DNA from: Candidatus Marinacidobacterales bacterium
GTDB lineage: Bacteria; Acidobacteriota; Vicinamibacteria; Marinacidobacterales; DATDRI01
Assembly: GCA_965226495.1 (NCBI GenBank)
Contig: OZ245365.1
Span: 5,408,001-5,472,000, forward strand
Direction: 5' to 3'
Length of the DNA: 64,000 bases
Shown: positions 1 to 10,287 of the stretch, piece by piece
Position numbering within the stretch: position 1 is the first letter of the stretch
Layout of the letters: each line of letters starts with the position of its first letter
Notes under the pieces: generated by a model
Databases searched by the model: none
What the model saw: only the letters and a program-made list of their open reading frames with translations
Told to the model about the DNA's origin: nothing
Translations under genes and position numbers: made by a program

Positions 1-489
1 CCCCGGCTCGCATTCGAAAGTAACCTCTTCAGCGCCGTCCCACTCCACCGACCCACGGAGCTTTTCGACGAGGGAAGAAAGCTGCCGACTACTCAAGAAG
101 GAAGGGGTCCCGCCGCCGAAGTAGACGAATTGCAGCGAGCGTTGGGAGAACGCGCGGTAGCGACTGTACAGAGCCGCCTCTGCGGCCATCGCGTTCACGT
201 AGTTTTCTACATCGTGGCTATTCTTCTCGGTGTAGACGCGGAAGTAGCAGAACTTACATCGTTTACGGCAAAAGGGAATATGCAGGTAGAGGCCGAGAGG
301 AACGGTAGGAAGAGGAATCCGGCCTAGAGCGCCCTCCACAGCCGGGAGATGCTCTTGGGACCAGAGGGAGAAGGGGGGGTAGTTAGCAACGAAATAGCTT
401 CCGACTTCAGTCTGATTTTCATCGGAACCAGAATCCTTGTGAGACCCTGAGAGAGAGCCCTCAGGGGCGCGCGAGTTCGAAAAAGCCAT
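1..489 (-). CDS. HemN/coproporphyrinogen III oxidase-like radical SAM protein (5' part; runs off the window start)
   Basis: Not in ORF track. Manual minus-strand translation from ATG 489 gives YFVANYPPFSLW...GLYLHIPFCRKRCKFCYFRVY...VYFGGGTPS...EVTFECEPG, with the CxxxCxxC motif and HemN-family YxHIPFC and GGGTPS motifs. Confidence 0.9.
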   Translation of the reverse strand, partial: MAFSNSRAPEGSLSGSHKDSGSDENQTEVGSYFVANYPPFSLWSQEHLPAVEGALGRIPLPTVPLGLYLHIPFCRKRCKFCYFRVYTEKNSHDVENYVNAMAAEAALYSRYRAFSQRSLQFVYFGGGTPSFLSSRQLSSLVEKLRGSVEWDGAEEVTFECEPG

Positions 490-635
490 GTTGGTCCTGT
501 GCTCCGTGCAGCAAGGAGATCTTCTGCCGCCCTGAAGTGAGTCTAGTTCATTCTAGCATGGTCGCCATTGGCCCATTTGACACCGACCGACCTCCAGGAA
601 TAGATGGTGCGGAGCAAACGTCTACGAGAACGAAG

Positions 636-1838
636 ATGCCATCCATCGAGGGTTCCGGTCTTCCGCTGGTTTTCAAGACCGTGGGAGCGTCGGCTCCTGA
701 GGCGAGCGAGACCCGGCCGCCAGGCAACACCGTCACCATTAGGACCGAAGTGCGCTCGCTCGAGGGCATGCAAAAAGAGGCCGTGGTGACCTGCGAACCA
801 GAGGGCACCTCCTGGCGGCTCGTCTCCGATGAAGGCCCCTATCTCAACGGGAAAGACATGGCACCCTTCCCGCTCGCGTTCTTCACCGCCGGGATGCAGT
901 TCTCGTTTTTGAGCGAGTTCCTCCAGGGGGCACGTGCGCAGGACATCGCTCTCGATGAAGCTTCGCTCGCCCAAGACAACTTCTATTCGATGGAAGGCTC
1001 TTTCTTGCGAGGGGACGCCACCGGAGGCGCCAAGCCCGCGGTGCTGCGCTTGAGAGTCAAGTCCAACGCGCCGGCTTCGAAGATCGCGGAGCTTTCGCGG
1101 ATGGCGGAGGCCAGCTCACCGGCCCAGAGCCTCATGCGGAATTTGATGCAAAACACATTCTCTCTAAGGCTGAACGGCCGGCCGCACGCCATCCATGACC
1201 TCGCGTCGTCGCCTTCTCCGAACGAACAGGACCCGGTGACTCACTTCGAGGGCGTCGTGCCCGCTTCGGAGAGCTTTCTTCCCGATATCATCAAGCGGGT
1301 GAAGACAGCCGAGAAGCGAACCGAAGTCGAAGGTGGTGCCGGCAGCAGCCTGCAAGCCGAGCAGAAGCGGACTCTCCATGTCCACGGCGACGCACGATGG
1401 CTCGGTGGCATGTTGATGGAGAGCGTCGTTCACCTCTATGAGCCCATCGGTAGTAGTTTCGCCTTCATCTGTGACGAGACCCAGCGCCAGGGAGGCAAGG
1501 CAAGCGCTCCTCCGCCCCTCGCCTACCTCAGCGCCGGAATCGGCTTTTGCTACATGACACAACTCGGGCGATTCGCGCATATCAAGAAACACACTCTCGA
1601 GGCTTATCGTATCGTTCAAAAGAGCGCTTTTCAGTTCAGTGGAGACCCGCAGGACGGAAGCCGAGCTGCGGCCATGGCTCCCGTAGACACCCAGGTGTTC
1701 CTCGATGCTCGATTCGCGGCAGACGATGACGGCCCTGAACTCGTCAGCATGGGGCAGCAGACTTGTTTTCTTCATGCCGCCATGCGGGGAGAACATCCGA
1801 GCAGAATCTCGGTCGAGCTGAACGGCAAGGAACTCTAG
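636..1838 (+). CDS. Tandem OsmC/Ohr-like domain protein
   Basis: Two OsmC-like halves (SDEG..GKDMAPFPLAFF and CDE..GGKASAPPPLAYLSAGIGFCYMTQ...QTCFLHAA). Start uncertain (537/558/636). Confidence 0.75.
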   Translation: MPSIEGSGLPLVFKTVGASAPEASETRPPGNTVTIRTEVRSLEGMQKEAVVTCEPEGTSWRLVSDEGPYLNGKDMAPFPLAFFTAGMQFSFLSEFLQGARAQDIALDEASLAQDNFYSMEGSFLRGDATGGAKPAVLRLRVKSNAPASKIAELSRMAEASSPAQSLMRNLMQNTFSLRLNGRPHAIHDLASSPSPNEQDPVTHFEGVVPASESFLPDIIKRVKTAEKRTEVEGGAGSSLQAEQKRTLHVHGDARWLGGMLMESVVHLYEPIGSSFAFICDETQRQGGKASAPPPLAYLSAGIGFCYMTQLGRFAHIKKHTLEAYRIVQKSAFQFSGDPQDGSRAAAMAPVDTQVFLDARFAADDDGPELVSMGQQTCFLHAAMRGEHPSRISVELNGKEL

Positions 1839-1992
1839 CCAAGCATTTTCGATCCGTTCAGCGGCTAAGCCTGAGTTTTCCCTTCGTCATTTCCCAAGCT
1901 AGGCCCATCGCCACATGGCACCGTCACAAATTCCCGAAATATTGACTGCGCCTTGCTCGAAAAGATGAGAGGATCTCCCTCTTAACCTGCTA

Positions 1993-3465
1993 GTGAGGGA
2001 TAGGATGAGAATTGCTGCGCTGCCTCAACACGTTCGCTTACGTTCGAGACGCTTGCCACTGCTTTGCATCACGGCTCTTTTGACCCTTCAAGCGAACCGG
2101 ATCGTGGAAGCGGTTGTCGGTCCGGCTGAAATCTCGGAGGCTCACGCCTCTTTTCTTGCAGAAAGATTCGCACCGAAATTGATTTTTCATCCAAACGAGC
2201 AATTCTTCCCCAGCAGCCCCCTCTTTTCGCTCGAGGATACGACCGGACAAGATGGGCAGTCTCTAGAAGCGGGAGACCTGTTGGAAATCCTGGGCACGCC
2301 GGAGCAACGACGTGAGCAGTACCTTGCGTTGAACCTGCGGGAAAAAGCGCGCTTGGCGACTGTGTATTACCGTGTGAATCGGCTCCCCACTGCCATCGTG
2401 ATCGAGTACTGGTTCTACTACATCTGGAACGATTACTCTGCGCGCCCGGGACTTGTACCGTTCTGGTTCAATGGCTCCCACCCGAATGATCTAGAACACC
2501 TACATATTGTCTTGGAACCCGATCCGGAGGTGCCCGCGAGCTCCGATGCTTTCCAGGCGACCAGTGTTCGCTTGGCAACCATCTACGTCAGCGCTCACGA
2601 CGGTGTGGCGCCCGCCAACCGGTACTATTCCAATGGCGAGACCCACGACGGCGAGACGCATCTAATAGTAGAACTGGGCTCACATGCGGCGGGCACCGAC
2701 GCAAACCGCGATGGAGTGTTCACACCCGGCGACGACGGTGAATCCGGTTACAAGATCCTTTGGGGAATTCGCGACCGAGGATTCACTTGGAGCCGGTATA
2801 ACCCGGCTTATATGGACAGCCGAGCCAACGGGGATGCCGTTTCGTTCTGCCCGAACGAATCGTCTAGGCGGACGGTCTGCCCGTCCAACTCATTGTCCTA
2901 TCAGCTGGTCCCGGTCGCGCAACTCTATCGACAATTCGACGAGCTGGCTCTATCTCGTGAGCAGTACCAGCACGCGTTCGAGACCAAGGTGCATCCGCTC
3001 AAGAGATTCTTTGGAAGATCGAATGGCGATTATGAAAAACTCGTTATTCCACCCGCTTCTGCTCCCGAGCGGGAAAGTTCCATCGACAATTTCTCCTCGA
3101 CGGAAAGAGGGGTCATGTTTGGACTAACTACGGTGGGATTTGATCCGGGCGTCTTTTTCGGCGGGAGGTATTCGTTTCTGCACGGATCGAAGTTTATTCC
3201 AGACTTGTTGCTTCAAGCCGACCCAGTGCTGACCTTCGGTGGGCAAGGACTTTTTTCTACCGCGGCGCTGGCGTCCTACCCGATCAGCGCCATGTCGAAG
3301 GTACTGATCGGCGTTGGTTTCATATCCGATTTTGAGGAAAGCCAGTGGGATTTGATTGCCGGTCTCGAGTTTAGGCCAGGCGGCTTTCGCTTGTCGGTAA
3401 CGGGCAGAACTCTCGGTAAGGTTACCGAGTCGGCCCTCGACCTACGGCTCTTTTACTTCTTTTGA
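1993..3465 (+). CDS. Exported hypothetical protein: Vps62/NPP1-like N-terminal domain plus C-terminal beta-barrel-like region
   Basis: 490-aa ORF with hydrophobic N-terminal segment, FAPKLIFHPNEQFFP, IEYWFYY..ND, HPNDLEH, VSAH and GSHA motifs; alternating beta-strand C-terminus ending LDLRLFYFF. Confidence 0.6.
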   Translation: MRDRMRIAALPQHVRLRSRRLPLLCITALLTLQANRIVEAVVGPAEISEAHASFLAERFAPKLIFHPNEQFFPSSPLFSLEDTTGQDGQSLEAGDLLEILGTPEQRREQYLALNLREKARLATVYYRVNRLPTAIVIEYWFYYIWNDYSARPGLVPFWFNGSHPNDLEHLHIVLEPDPEVPASSDAFQATSVRLATIYVSAHDGVAPANRYYSNGETHDGETHLIVELGSHAAGTDANRDGVFTPGDDGESGYKILWGIRDRGFTWSRYNPAYMDSRANGDAVSFCPNESSRRTVCPSNSLSYQLVPVAQLYRQFDELALSREQYQHAFETKVHPLKRFFGRSNGDYEKLVIPPASAPERESSIDNFSSTERGVMFGLTTVGFDPGVFFGGRYSFLHGSKFIPDLLLQADPVLTFGGQGLFSTAALASYPISAMSKVLIGVGFISDFEESQWDLIAGLEFRPGGFRLSVTGRTLGKVTESALDLRLFYFF

Positions 3466-3468
3466 TGG

Positions 3469-4767
3469 CTATGATTGAGCTTGCAACAACAAGCGCTTCA
3501 CTTCGCCGACTAGGAAGATCGACCCGGTAACAACGACCTCTCCTTTTTCTCCCGCCCTGCGTCGAGCGCTGGCGAGTGCTTGTTCCGGAGAATCGATTGC
3601 CTCGCAAGAAAAACCCCGACCGGCGACTCCATTCGCCACCGTCTTCGGATCTTGGGCTCTCGGATTCGGAGGTCGGGTCACGATCACGTGCTGCATATGA
3701 GGCAGGAGGGCATCGAGCATCGCGGACGATTTCTTATCCTTCATGACGCCGTAGACCAATACTCGCTCGGGATGGGGATGGTTTTCGAGATAGAGAGCCA
3801 ACGCGGTGGCCGCCAAAGGATTGTGCGCGGCATCGATGATGAGAGGGGGGGAACCTTCGATTCTCTCTAGGCGTCCTTCCCAAACGGTGGAAGCGACTCC
3901 TGCGGCCACCGATTCCTTGGTCGTCTCGAACCCCAGTTGGCTGGCGAGCTCCGCGAGCCTAACAGCGAGGACAAGATTATCGACTTGATGCGCACCGGCC
4001 AGCGGCAAGAACATTTCAGGGTAGACAGCCCGTGATGTTTCCAATCGGACCCACTGTCCGCCTTCGACTTCTTTGGTTCGTGAACGCACTTCTCTTTGGA
4101 CCTCGAACAAGGGAGAACCTTGTCGCGCGGCCTCGGAACGGATAACGGCAAGCGACTCTTCATCCACGACCGTCGTTACCACCGGCCGGGCTGGCTTGAT
4201 AGTCGCCGCCTTCTCGGCGGCGATGGCGGTGAGAGATGCGCCTAAAAAGCGTTCGTGATCGAAACCAATATTGGTCACCGCGGTGAGGTCGGCGGGGACG
4301 ATGTTGGTGGCATCCCAGCGCCCTCCCATTCCCACCTCGAGCACGCCGATCTCGACCCCCTTTCGACGAAAGAACTCGAAGGCGCACGCCGTCGTCAGCT
4401 CGAAAAAGGTTGGCTCAGTGAGGAGCTTCTCCTCCTCTCTTAACTGCACGGTCACGCGTCTCACTTCTTGGACGACGTCCGTGAGCTCATCGGCAGTGAT
4501 GGCGTCACCATTCGCCACCATCCGCTCCTCCATGCGAACCAGGTGCGGTGAGGTATAGCGCGCAGTACGATGCCCGGAGGCACGTAGAATGGATTCGACG
4601 AGTGCGACGGTAGATCCCTTACCGTTGGTCCCAGCAACCAGAATCGAACGCCACGACCTCTCGGGATGTCCTAGGGCCTCGACGAGACGGCCGATGTTCT
4701 CCAGCCCGAACTTGATACCTAAATGCTCGTGCCCGCTTAGATAGGCTACCGCCTCCGCGTAGTTCAT
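3469..4767 (-). CDS. folC: Folylpolyglutamate synthase/dihydrofolate synthase
   Basis: VAGTNGKGST, YTSPHL, EVGMGGRWDATN, DAAHNP, GSIFLVG; directly downstream of accD. Confidence 0.97.
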   Translation of the reverse strand: MNYAEAVAYLSGHEHLGIKFGLENIGRLVEALGHPERSWRSILVAGTNGKGSTVALVESILRASGHRTARYTSPHLVRMEERMVANGDAITADELTDVVQEVRRVTVQLREEEKLLTEPTFFELTTACAFEFFRRKGVEIGVLEVGMGGRWDATNIVPADLTAVTNIGFDHERFLGASLTAIAAEKAATIKPARPVVTTVVDEESLAVIRSEAARQGSPLFEVQREVRSRTKEVEGGQWVRLETSRAVYPEMFLPLAGAHQVDNLVLAVRLAELASQLGFETTKESVAAGVASTVWEGRLERIEGSPPLIIDAAHNPLAATALALYLENHPHPERVLVYGVMKDKKSSAMLDALLPHMQHVIVTRPPNPRAQDPKTVANGVAGRGFSCEAIDSPEQALASARRRAGEKGEVVVTGSIFLVGEVKRLLLQAQS

Positions 4768-4791
4768 TCAGGGGAGCCCCGTTTAGACCGT

Positions 4792-5679
4792 CTAGAGAAG
4801 ATAGGGATCCGATGGGGAGGCAGACTCACTTGGAACGGAATCAGTGAAGAATTGCAGAATCTTGCCCAAAGACTCCTTCATCTGTTTACGCTCGATGATG
4901 AGATCCAGCATACCGTGCTCCATCAAGTGCTCCGACTGCTGGGAGCCGGGAGGTACCGGCTGACGAATTGTCTGCTCGATGACTCGTGGACCGGCAAAGC
5001 CGATGAGCGCCTTGGGCTCGGCAATGTTCAAGTCACCGAGCATCGCGAAGCTTGCTGTGACTCCCCCGGTCGTGGGGTCGGTAAGTATGGAGAAGTAGGG
5101 AATCGCCGCCTCGTCGAGGCGGGCAAGAGCGGCGCTTATCTTCGCCATCTGCATCAACGAAAGAGCGCCTTCCTGCATCCGCGCTCCTCCCGAGCGAGAA
5201 ATGATGATGACCGCGGTGCGTTCTTCGGTAGCCCTCTCAATCGCTCTCGTGATTTTCTCTCCGACCACGACGCCCATGCTTCCACCGATAAAACCATACT
5301 CCATCGCCGCGACGATGACGGCTATGCCGTTGATGGTACCCTTGACCGTAATGATCGCGTCATCGAGTCCGGTCTGTTCCTTCCCCGTTTTCAGACGATC
5401 CTGGTAGCGCTTGGTGTCTTTGAAACGAAGAGGGTTGGTGGAACGTATTCCGGTATCAAATTCTTCGTATGCCCCACCGTCCAAGAGTATCGCCAGTCGT
5501 TCCCTAGCCGACAGGCCGAAATGGTAGTTGCACTTGGGGCACACATTGGAGTTACGGACAATCTCCTTTTTATAAAGGATTTCCGAGCATCCATTGCACT
5601 TATTCCACAAGCCCTCCGGCATCCGGCTCTTTTTTTCCGCCGGCGCTAGGGGCGTCTTTTCTTTCTTGAACCAGCTCAT
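4792..5679 (-). CDS. accD: Acetyl-CoA carboxylase carboxyltransferase beta subunit
   Basis: GLWNKCNGC...CPKC zinc finger, GGSMG, SGGARMQEG, PTTGGVTASFA, FAGPRVIEQTI. Confidence 0.98.
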   Translation of the reverse strand: MSWFKKEKTPLAPAEKKSRMPEGLWNKCNGCSEILYKKEIVRNSNVCPKCNYHFGLSARERLAILLDGGAYEEFDTGIRSTNPLRFKDTKRYQDRLKTGKEQTGLDDAIITVKGTINGIAVIVAAMEYGFIGGSMGVVVGEKITRAIERATEERTAVIIISRSGGARMQEGALSLMQMAKISAALARLDEAAIPYFSILTDPTTGGVTASFAMLGDLNIAEPKALIGFAGPRVIEQTIRQPVPPGSQQSEHLMEHGMLDLIIERKQMKESLGKILQFFTDSVPSESASPSDPYLL

Positions 5680-5719
5680 GATAGAAGGTGGCGGATCCTA
5701 GCAAGTCCCATTGTCGTCG

Positions 5720-6781
5720 TCAAACCGGCAGAGACTCCTCGGGATAGATGCCGCGTAACTTGTGACGCAGCAAGATCCATAGGAAGAAAGGGCCTCCCGT
5801 CAGGGCGGTCACCACGCCGACCGGAATCTCGGTGGGCGCCAGGATGGTGCGCGCTACCGTGTCACAAACCACCACGATCGCGCCGCCGGCAAACACCGCG
5901 CTCGGCATCAATACGCGGTGGTCCGGTCCCAGGATCATGCGCAGCAAGTGAGGGACCATAAGTCCGACGAAAAGAATCGGTCCGGACAAAGAGATCGCGG
6001 AGCCGGTCGCCACCGAAGCCGCGGCAAACGCCACTTTCCGCGACTTGTCCACGGGAACCCCCAAGCTCCGCGCCGTCTCGTCTCCCAAGGCCATGACGTT
6101 CAGTTGGCGCGACAACACGATCAGAACGACCAGGCCGGCTATCACCAGCGGAGCGACGACTGCCAGCCTACGCAGCTCGACCAAATCCAGCCCTCCCATG
6201 ACCCATCGAACCATTTGATAAGACTGCGTGAAGTCTGCGGTGTACTGAATCAAAAGGATGAGCGAAGAAAAGAAAAAATGAAGTGTCACACCGGCCAGGA
6301 GCATCGTGCTCGGAGCCAGGTAGCCGCGAGTCTTGGCCAACAGATAAACCAACGTCGCGGACGCCGCTGATCCCAGAAGCGCCGCCATCGTCTGAGCAGA
6401 AAGAGGACCCACCGCGCCGTCCAAACCGAGGCGGATAGTGAGTGCGGTCGCAACCGCCGCACCGCCCGAAATCCCAAGGGTGAACGGTGAGGCCAATGGA
6501 TTTCGAAGCAAGGACTGAAACGTGAGTCCCGAAGCGGAGAGCGCCGCTCCCACCAGGGCAGCCAGTAGCGTCCTGGGGAGTCGCACCGAAAACAAAATTG
6601 TGGCGTCTGGATTGAGATGGGCCGGGATCGAAAAATCGAAAGCTCGAGAAAGATCGATTTGGGTTGACCCAATGAGTGGAGCCCCAACGAGTACGAGTAG
6701 GAGGAGGACCGCCGATGCCCCGACCGTCGAGGCGAATCGCTTTGCGGTAAGCAGCTTGAGCTCGGATCCGTTTTTACTCAC
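5720..6781 (-). CDS. Iron-siderophore/cobalamin ABC transporter permease (FecCD/BtuC family)
   Basis: RLPRTLLA, QSLLRNPLASP, LGDETARSLG, FVGLMVPH, EIPVG...GGPFF; GTG start at 6781 overlapping the ATPase gene is preferred. Confidence 0.93.
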   Translation of the reverse strand: MSKNGSELKLLTAKRFASTVGASAVLLLLVLVGAPLIGSTQIDLSRAFDFSIPAHLNPDATILFSVRLPRTLLAALVGAALSASGLTFQSLLRNPLASPFTLGISGGAAVATALTIRLGLDGAVGPLSAQTMAALLGSAASATLVYLLAKTRGYLAPSTMLLAGVTLHFFFSSLILLIQYTADFTQSYQMVRWVMGGLDLVELRRLAVVAPLVIAGLVVLIVLSRQLNVMALGDETARSLGVPVDKSRKVAFAAASVATGSAISLSGPILFVGLMVPHLLRMILGPDHRVLMPSAVFAGGAIVVVCDTVARTILAPTEIPVGVVTALTGGPFFLWILLRHKLRGIYPEESLPV

Positions 6782-7556
6782 TGCGTCTCTCGGGAAGAAT
6801 GAAAGGAACCGAAGAAGCCGACCCCGCTTCGACTCGTATTGGGGTTTCGTACACCGACTCCATGAGCTCCCGATCGAGTAGTTCACGGGGCGCCCCACTT
6901 GCCACCGCGCGACCCTCTTTGAGGATGAGCATCCGAGGACAGTAAAGTGAGGCCAAGTTGATATGGTGCGTCACGCCTACGACCGTCTTCGACTGCTCCA
7001 CGACAAGCCGCTCCAATATCTCCCACATACGCACCTCGTGTTTGAGATCGAGTGCCGCGGTGGGCTCATCCAAGAGAAGTATGCGCGCGTCTTGGGCGAT
7101 GGCTCGCGCGATCAAGACTCGCTGTTTTTCGCCCCCGGAAAGGCTGTGAAACGGCCGCGAGCCGAACTCAGAAGTCTCGGTGAGCTCGAGAGCCCTAGTC
7201 ACCATCGCGAGATCCTTCTCGGTCTCGAATCGAAACGCATTTTGATGAGGATAGCGGCCCATGAGCACGATCTCGCCCACCGTAAAAGGCAAGCCCACTG
7301 TGGTTTGCTGCGGCACGTAGCTCACCATGCTGGCCAACTCTTGGCGAGAGTAGGAACCTAGGGGTCGACCCTCTAATGCGATCTCGCCGTTCTTAGGCCT
7401 GAGAAGACCTGCGAGCAGCTTGAGAAGGGTCGATTTACCGGACCCGTTGGGACCCAGGATCGCCAACAGATCTCCATCCCGAAGCTCAACATCCAGCTCC
7501 GAGATAACATCCCGCCCCACCGCGTAGGAAAAGCCAAGCTTGGAAGCACGGATCAT
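6774..7556 (-). CDS. Iron-siderophore/cobalamin ABC transporter ATP-binding protein
   Basis: GPNGSGKST, LSGGEKQR, LLLDEPT. Confidence 0.95.
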   Translation of the reverse strand: MIRASKLGFSYAVGRDVISELDVELRDGDLLAILGPNGSGKSTLLKLLAGLLRPKNGEIALEGRPLGSYSRQELASMVSYVPQQTTVGLPFTVGEIVLMGRYPHQNAFRFETEKDLAMVTRALELTETSEFGSRPFHSLSGGEKQRVLIARAIAQDARILLLDEPTAALDLKHEVRMWEILERLVVEQSKTVVGVTHHINLASLYCPRMLILKEGRAVASGAPRELLDRELMESVYETPIRVEAGSASSVPFILPERRSE

Positions 7557-7598
7557 GAAGGCTCGGCTAGCATTAACTCGACCAAGTATCGATCTCGT

Positions 7599-8516
7599 TC
7601 ACTGAGACACGTCACGCGGTACCTTGGCCTCCGGATGAAGAACCTCAACAAAACGGCGAAGCGTTTCGGTCATGCGTGGACCAGGTATAGTGGCAACGGG
7701 GTCCGGTATGCCTACGACCCGGCCCGAGCGTACTGCGTCGAGTGTGGGCAGCTTGGCCCAGATTCCGACGGTGTCCTCGCCCTCGGCGCTAAACGTGAGG
7801 TCCAAGATCACTTCCGGATCGAGAGAAACGACCTCTTCTCTGGAGATGCGTGGATAGCGGGAGATCGTGCCGGTAATCACGTTCTCTCCTCCGGCGAGGA
7901 CGAGCAATTCATTGAGGAATGTGTCCGGGCTGGCGGCGGTGAGATCTTGGAGGCTCCCCGCGGCTCGAAGGACTACGATAAGCGTCCTCGCCCTCGCGAG
8001 ACCGCGAGTGTTCTGCTCCACGGCCGTGAGCTGGCCGCGTATCCCTGCCGCTAGCAAGTCCGCCTGACCTCTTCTCCCACTTACTTCGCCAAGCTGAGTA
8101 ATCGAATCCAGAACGTCGGCAACTGTCTCGTTCGGAAGTTGTAGCACCGGGAGTCTCAGGGTTCGAAGCTTTGCGGCTACCGTTTCGAGACTCGATGGCA
8201 ACACCACGAGATCCGCCCGTAACGCGACGATCTGCTCATAGCCGAGATTGAAAGGACCGCCGATGCGCGGTTTTGCTCTCGCCTCGTCTGGATAGAGACA
8301 GTAGTCGGACACCGCGACCACCTTATCGCCGGCACCAATCTCGAACAGGATTTCTGTGAAATTCGGCGTCGTAGATACGATGCGCTGGACGAGGGTTTCT
8401 TGGTGAGCCCCCACAAGGGATCGATGGGCGGTGATTCCCGGCGAGGGTGGGGGGGAGGTCCAGGCGATGAGCCAGGGGGCCAGCACAAAAAGCGCGGCGC
8501 GCGCGACGAACTGCAT
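7599..8516 (-). CDS. ABC transporter substrate-binding protein (BtuF/helical backbone family)
   Basis: RIVSTTPNFTEILF, VAVSDYCLYP, YPRISREE, PGPR; N-terminal signal. Confidence 0.92.
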   Translation of the reverse strand: MQFVARAALFVLAPWLIAWTSPPPSPGITAHRSLVGAHQETLVQRIVSTTPNFTEILFEIGAGDKVVAVSDYCLYPDEARAKPRIGGPFNLGYEQIVALRADLVVLPSSLETVAAKLRTLRLPVLQLPNETVADVLDSITQLGEVSGRRGQADLLAAGIRGQLTAVEQNTRGLARARTLIVVLRAAGSLQDLTAASPDTFLNELLVLAGGENVITGTISRYPRISREEVVSLDPEVILDLTFSAEGEDTVGIWAKLPTLDAVRSGRVVGIPDPVATIPGPRMTETLRRFVEVLHPEAKVPRDVSQ

Positions 8517-8528
8517 CCGTTGTCGTGC

Positions 8529-8774
8529 TTATATTTGCGGCTCTTGGTCCGAGCCTTCTTCTTCGTGGTGTTCGAGCTCGTTCTCGATGCCGAGCATCGT
8601 ACAGACCGCGTCGTACATCTGGAGGGCCGTCTTGCGTTTTTCCTGAAGCCCCGCAAGGCGCTCTCTCACTTGCTCGAGCTCGCTCTCTATCTTCTCGTCG
8701 ATCTCCTCGAGTTGACGCTGCGCCACCTCGAGGGTTTGGCGGTAAGTGCGTTCTTCTTCGTCGGTAAGCGGCAT
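8529..8774 (-). CDS. Small acidic coiled-coil hypothetical protein
   Basis: 81 aa, heptad-rich E/K/L pattern; co-oriented between the kinase and the ABC operon. Confidence 0.75.
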   Translation of the reverse strand: MPLTDEEERTYRQTLEVAQRQLEEIDEKIESELEQVRERLAGLQEKRKTALQMYDAVCTMLGIENELEHHEEEGSDQEPQI

Positions 8775-8849
8775 CTATACTACACTCAACTCCTTTCCAC
8801 GCGACACAAGTTGATTGCTGTATCGGCCCCTATCTCTGATTGCGTCGGA

Positions 8850-10223
8850 CTAGAAAAACCCCGCTACGCAAGCCGCTAGTTCGGCGCTTCCCACCGCCGG
8901 CCGTCGACGCAAATAGGCATCCAGGTCCCTCAACATCTCGGAACAGTCTTGATAACGATCGTCCGGCTCTTTCTTGAGCGCTCGGGCTGTCACTGCTTCC
9001 AACTCGATAGGAATCGCGGGGTTGAACGAGGATGGTGTCAAGAATTTGGCTGCCCTAACTCTTTCCAAAATGCTCATCTCCGAAGTCCCCATGAACAGGC
9101 TGCGTCCGGTCAGCATTTCGAAGAAGACAGCGCCCAAAGAGAAAATGTCTGACCGCTTGTCCATAGCTCGCCCCCATGCCTGCTCAGGCGACATGTAGAG
9201 AAGCTTGCCTCTAAGTGAGCCACTGTCGGTGGAGGGAGCTTTGATGGCCGCCTTGGCAATGCCAAAATCTACTAGCTTGACCTCCCCTTCCTTAGATATC
9301 AGGACGTTGGGAGGACTGACGTCTCGATGCACGATTTGAAGCGGCCTCCCCGATGAGTCGCAATGCCGGTGAGCGTACTCAAGGGCGGCGGCGACCTTCG
9401 CGATGATGAGTGCGGACAGATCCACGTCCAAAATCATTTCCTTTTCCTGGATCCTAGCCAGAATCGCCCGCAAGTCCCTTCCATCAACGTATTCCATCGC
9501 AATGTAATAGGTGTCCTCGATCTTACCTAGATCGAAAATCTGAACAATGTTCGGGTGAGAAAGGCCGGCCACCATCTTGGCCTCATTGATGAACATCTCC
9601 ACGAAATCCTTGTTGTCGGATAGGTGAGGGAGAATACGCTTGACGGCGAGCATCTTCTCGAAACCTTCCACTCCCCGGCGCGTGGCTCTAAAAACTTCTG
9701 CCATACCTCCCGTTGCAACTCGATCCGAGAGCAAGTACTGGCCGTACGCACCATCATCCTGTTTAGTTTCCGAGCTAACCAGCGTGTCCATGTTGTCGCC
9801 CAACTTGGAATCCTGGAGTAGCGTTGAATACGCGAGATCTACAAGGGAGTAGTGCTCCTTCGGGAGCTCAGTCGAAGGCTCAGGCCGGCCGGATGTGCCG
9901 AACGATTCTATAGAATTTGGATTCACTGAGACGGTATCGGGACTCATGAACGGCGCGGGTCGCGAGTGATCCGGAATCGGCGAAACGGCCTGCGACTTGG
10001 AATCGATCTTCGCAGCGGCCCCTCCCGGCGGGCTGGGACTCTCGGATTCGCCATCCTGAAGCTCATCGATGATCTCACCAAAAAGATCGCTCGAGGTCAG
10101 GAGGTCTCCTTCTTGTGCCTTTGGGGCGCGTCGTCGGACCTTCTCCGAGAGCCTGCCGGTGCCCCGTTCGAACTCGCGCGGGGCATTCGGGGACAAGGGA
10201 TTTTTGTCTTTGTCCTTCGCCAT
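8850..10223 (-). CDS. Cytoplasmic Hanks-type Ser/Thr protein kinase
   Basis: GGMAEVF, AVK, HRDVSPPN, DFGIAK, YMSPEQ, DIFSLG; low-complexity N-terminus, no TM segment. Confidence 0.95.
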   Translation of the reverse strand: MAKDKDKNPLSPNAPREFERGTGRLSEKVRRRAPKAQEGDLLTSSDLFGEIIDELQDGESESPSPPGGAAAKIDSKSQAVSPIPDHSRPAPFMSPDTVSVNPNSIESFGTSGRPEPSTELPKEHYSLVDLAYSTLLQDSKLGDNMDTLVSSETKQDDGAYGQYLLSDRVATGGMAEVFRATRRGVEGFEKMLAVKRILPHLSDNKDFVEMFINEAKMVAGLSHPNIVQIFDLGKIEDTYYIAMEYVDGRDLRAILARIQEKEMILDVDLSALIIAKVAAALEYAHRHCDSSGRPLQIVHRDVSPPNVLISKEGEVKLVDFGIAKAAIKAPSTDSGSLRGKLLYMSPEQAWGRAMDKRSDIFSLGAVFFEMLTGRSLFMGTSEMSILERVRAAKFLTPSSFNPAIPIELEAVTARALKKEPDDRYQDCSEMLRDLDAYLRRRPAVGSAELAACVAGFF

Positions 10224-10257
10224 GGATGCCCCGATTCCCGCTCTCCTGGATTGAGTC

Positions 10258-10287
10258 AGTATACGGGACGGGGATGCTCACCGTCAA
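10258..10287 (-). promoter_or_regulatory. Sigma70-type promoter of the kinase gene
   Basis: Minus strand TTGACG-N18-TATACT upstream of the AGGAG RBS. Confidence 0.6.
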
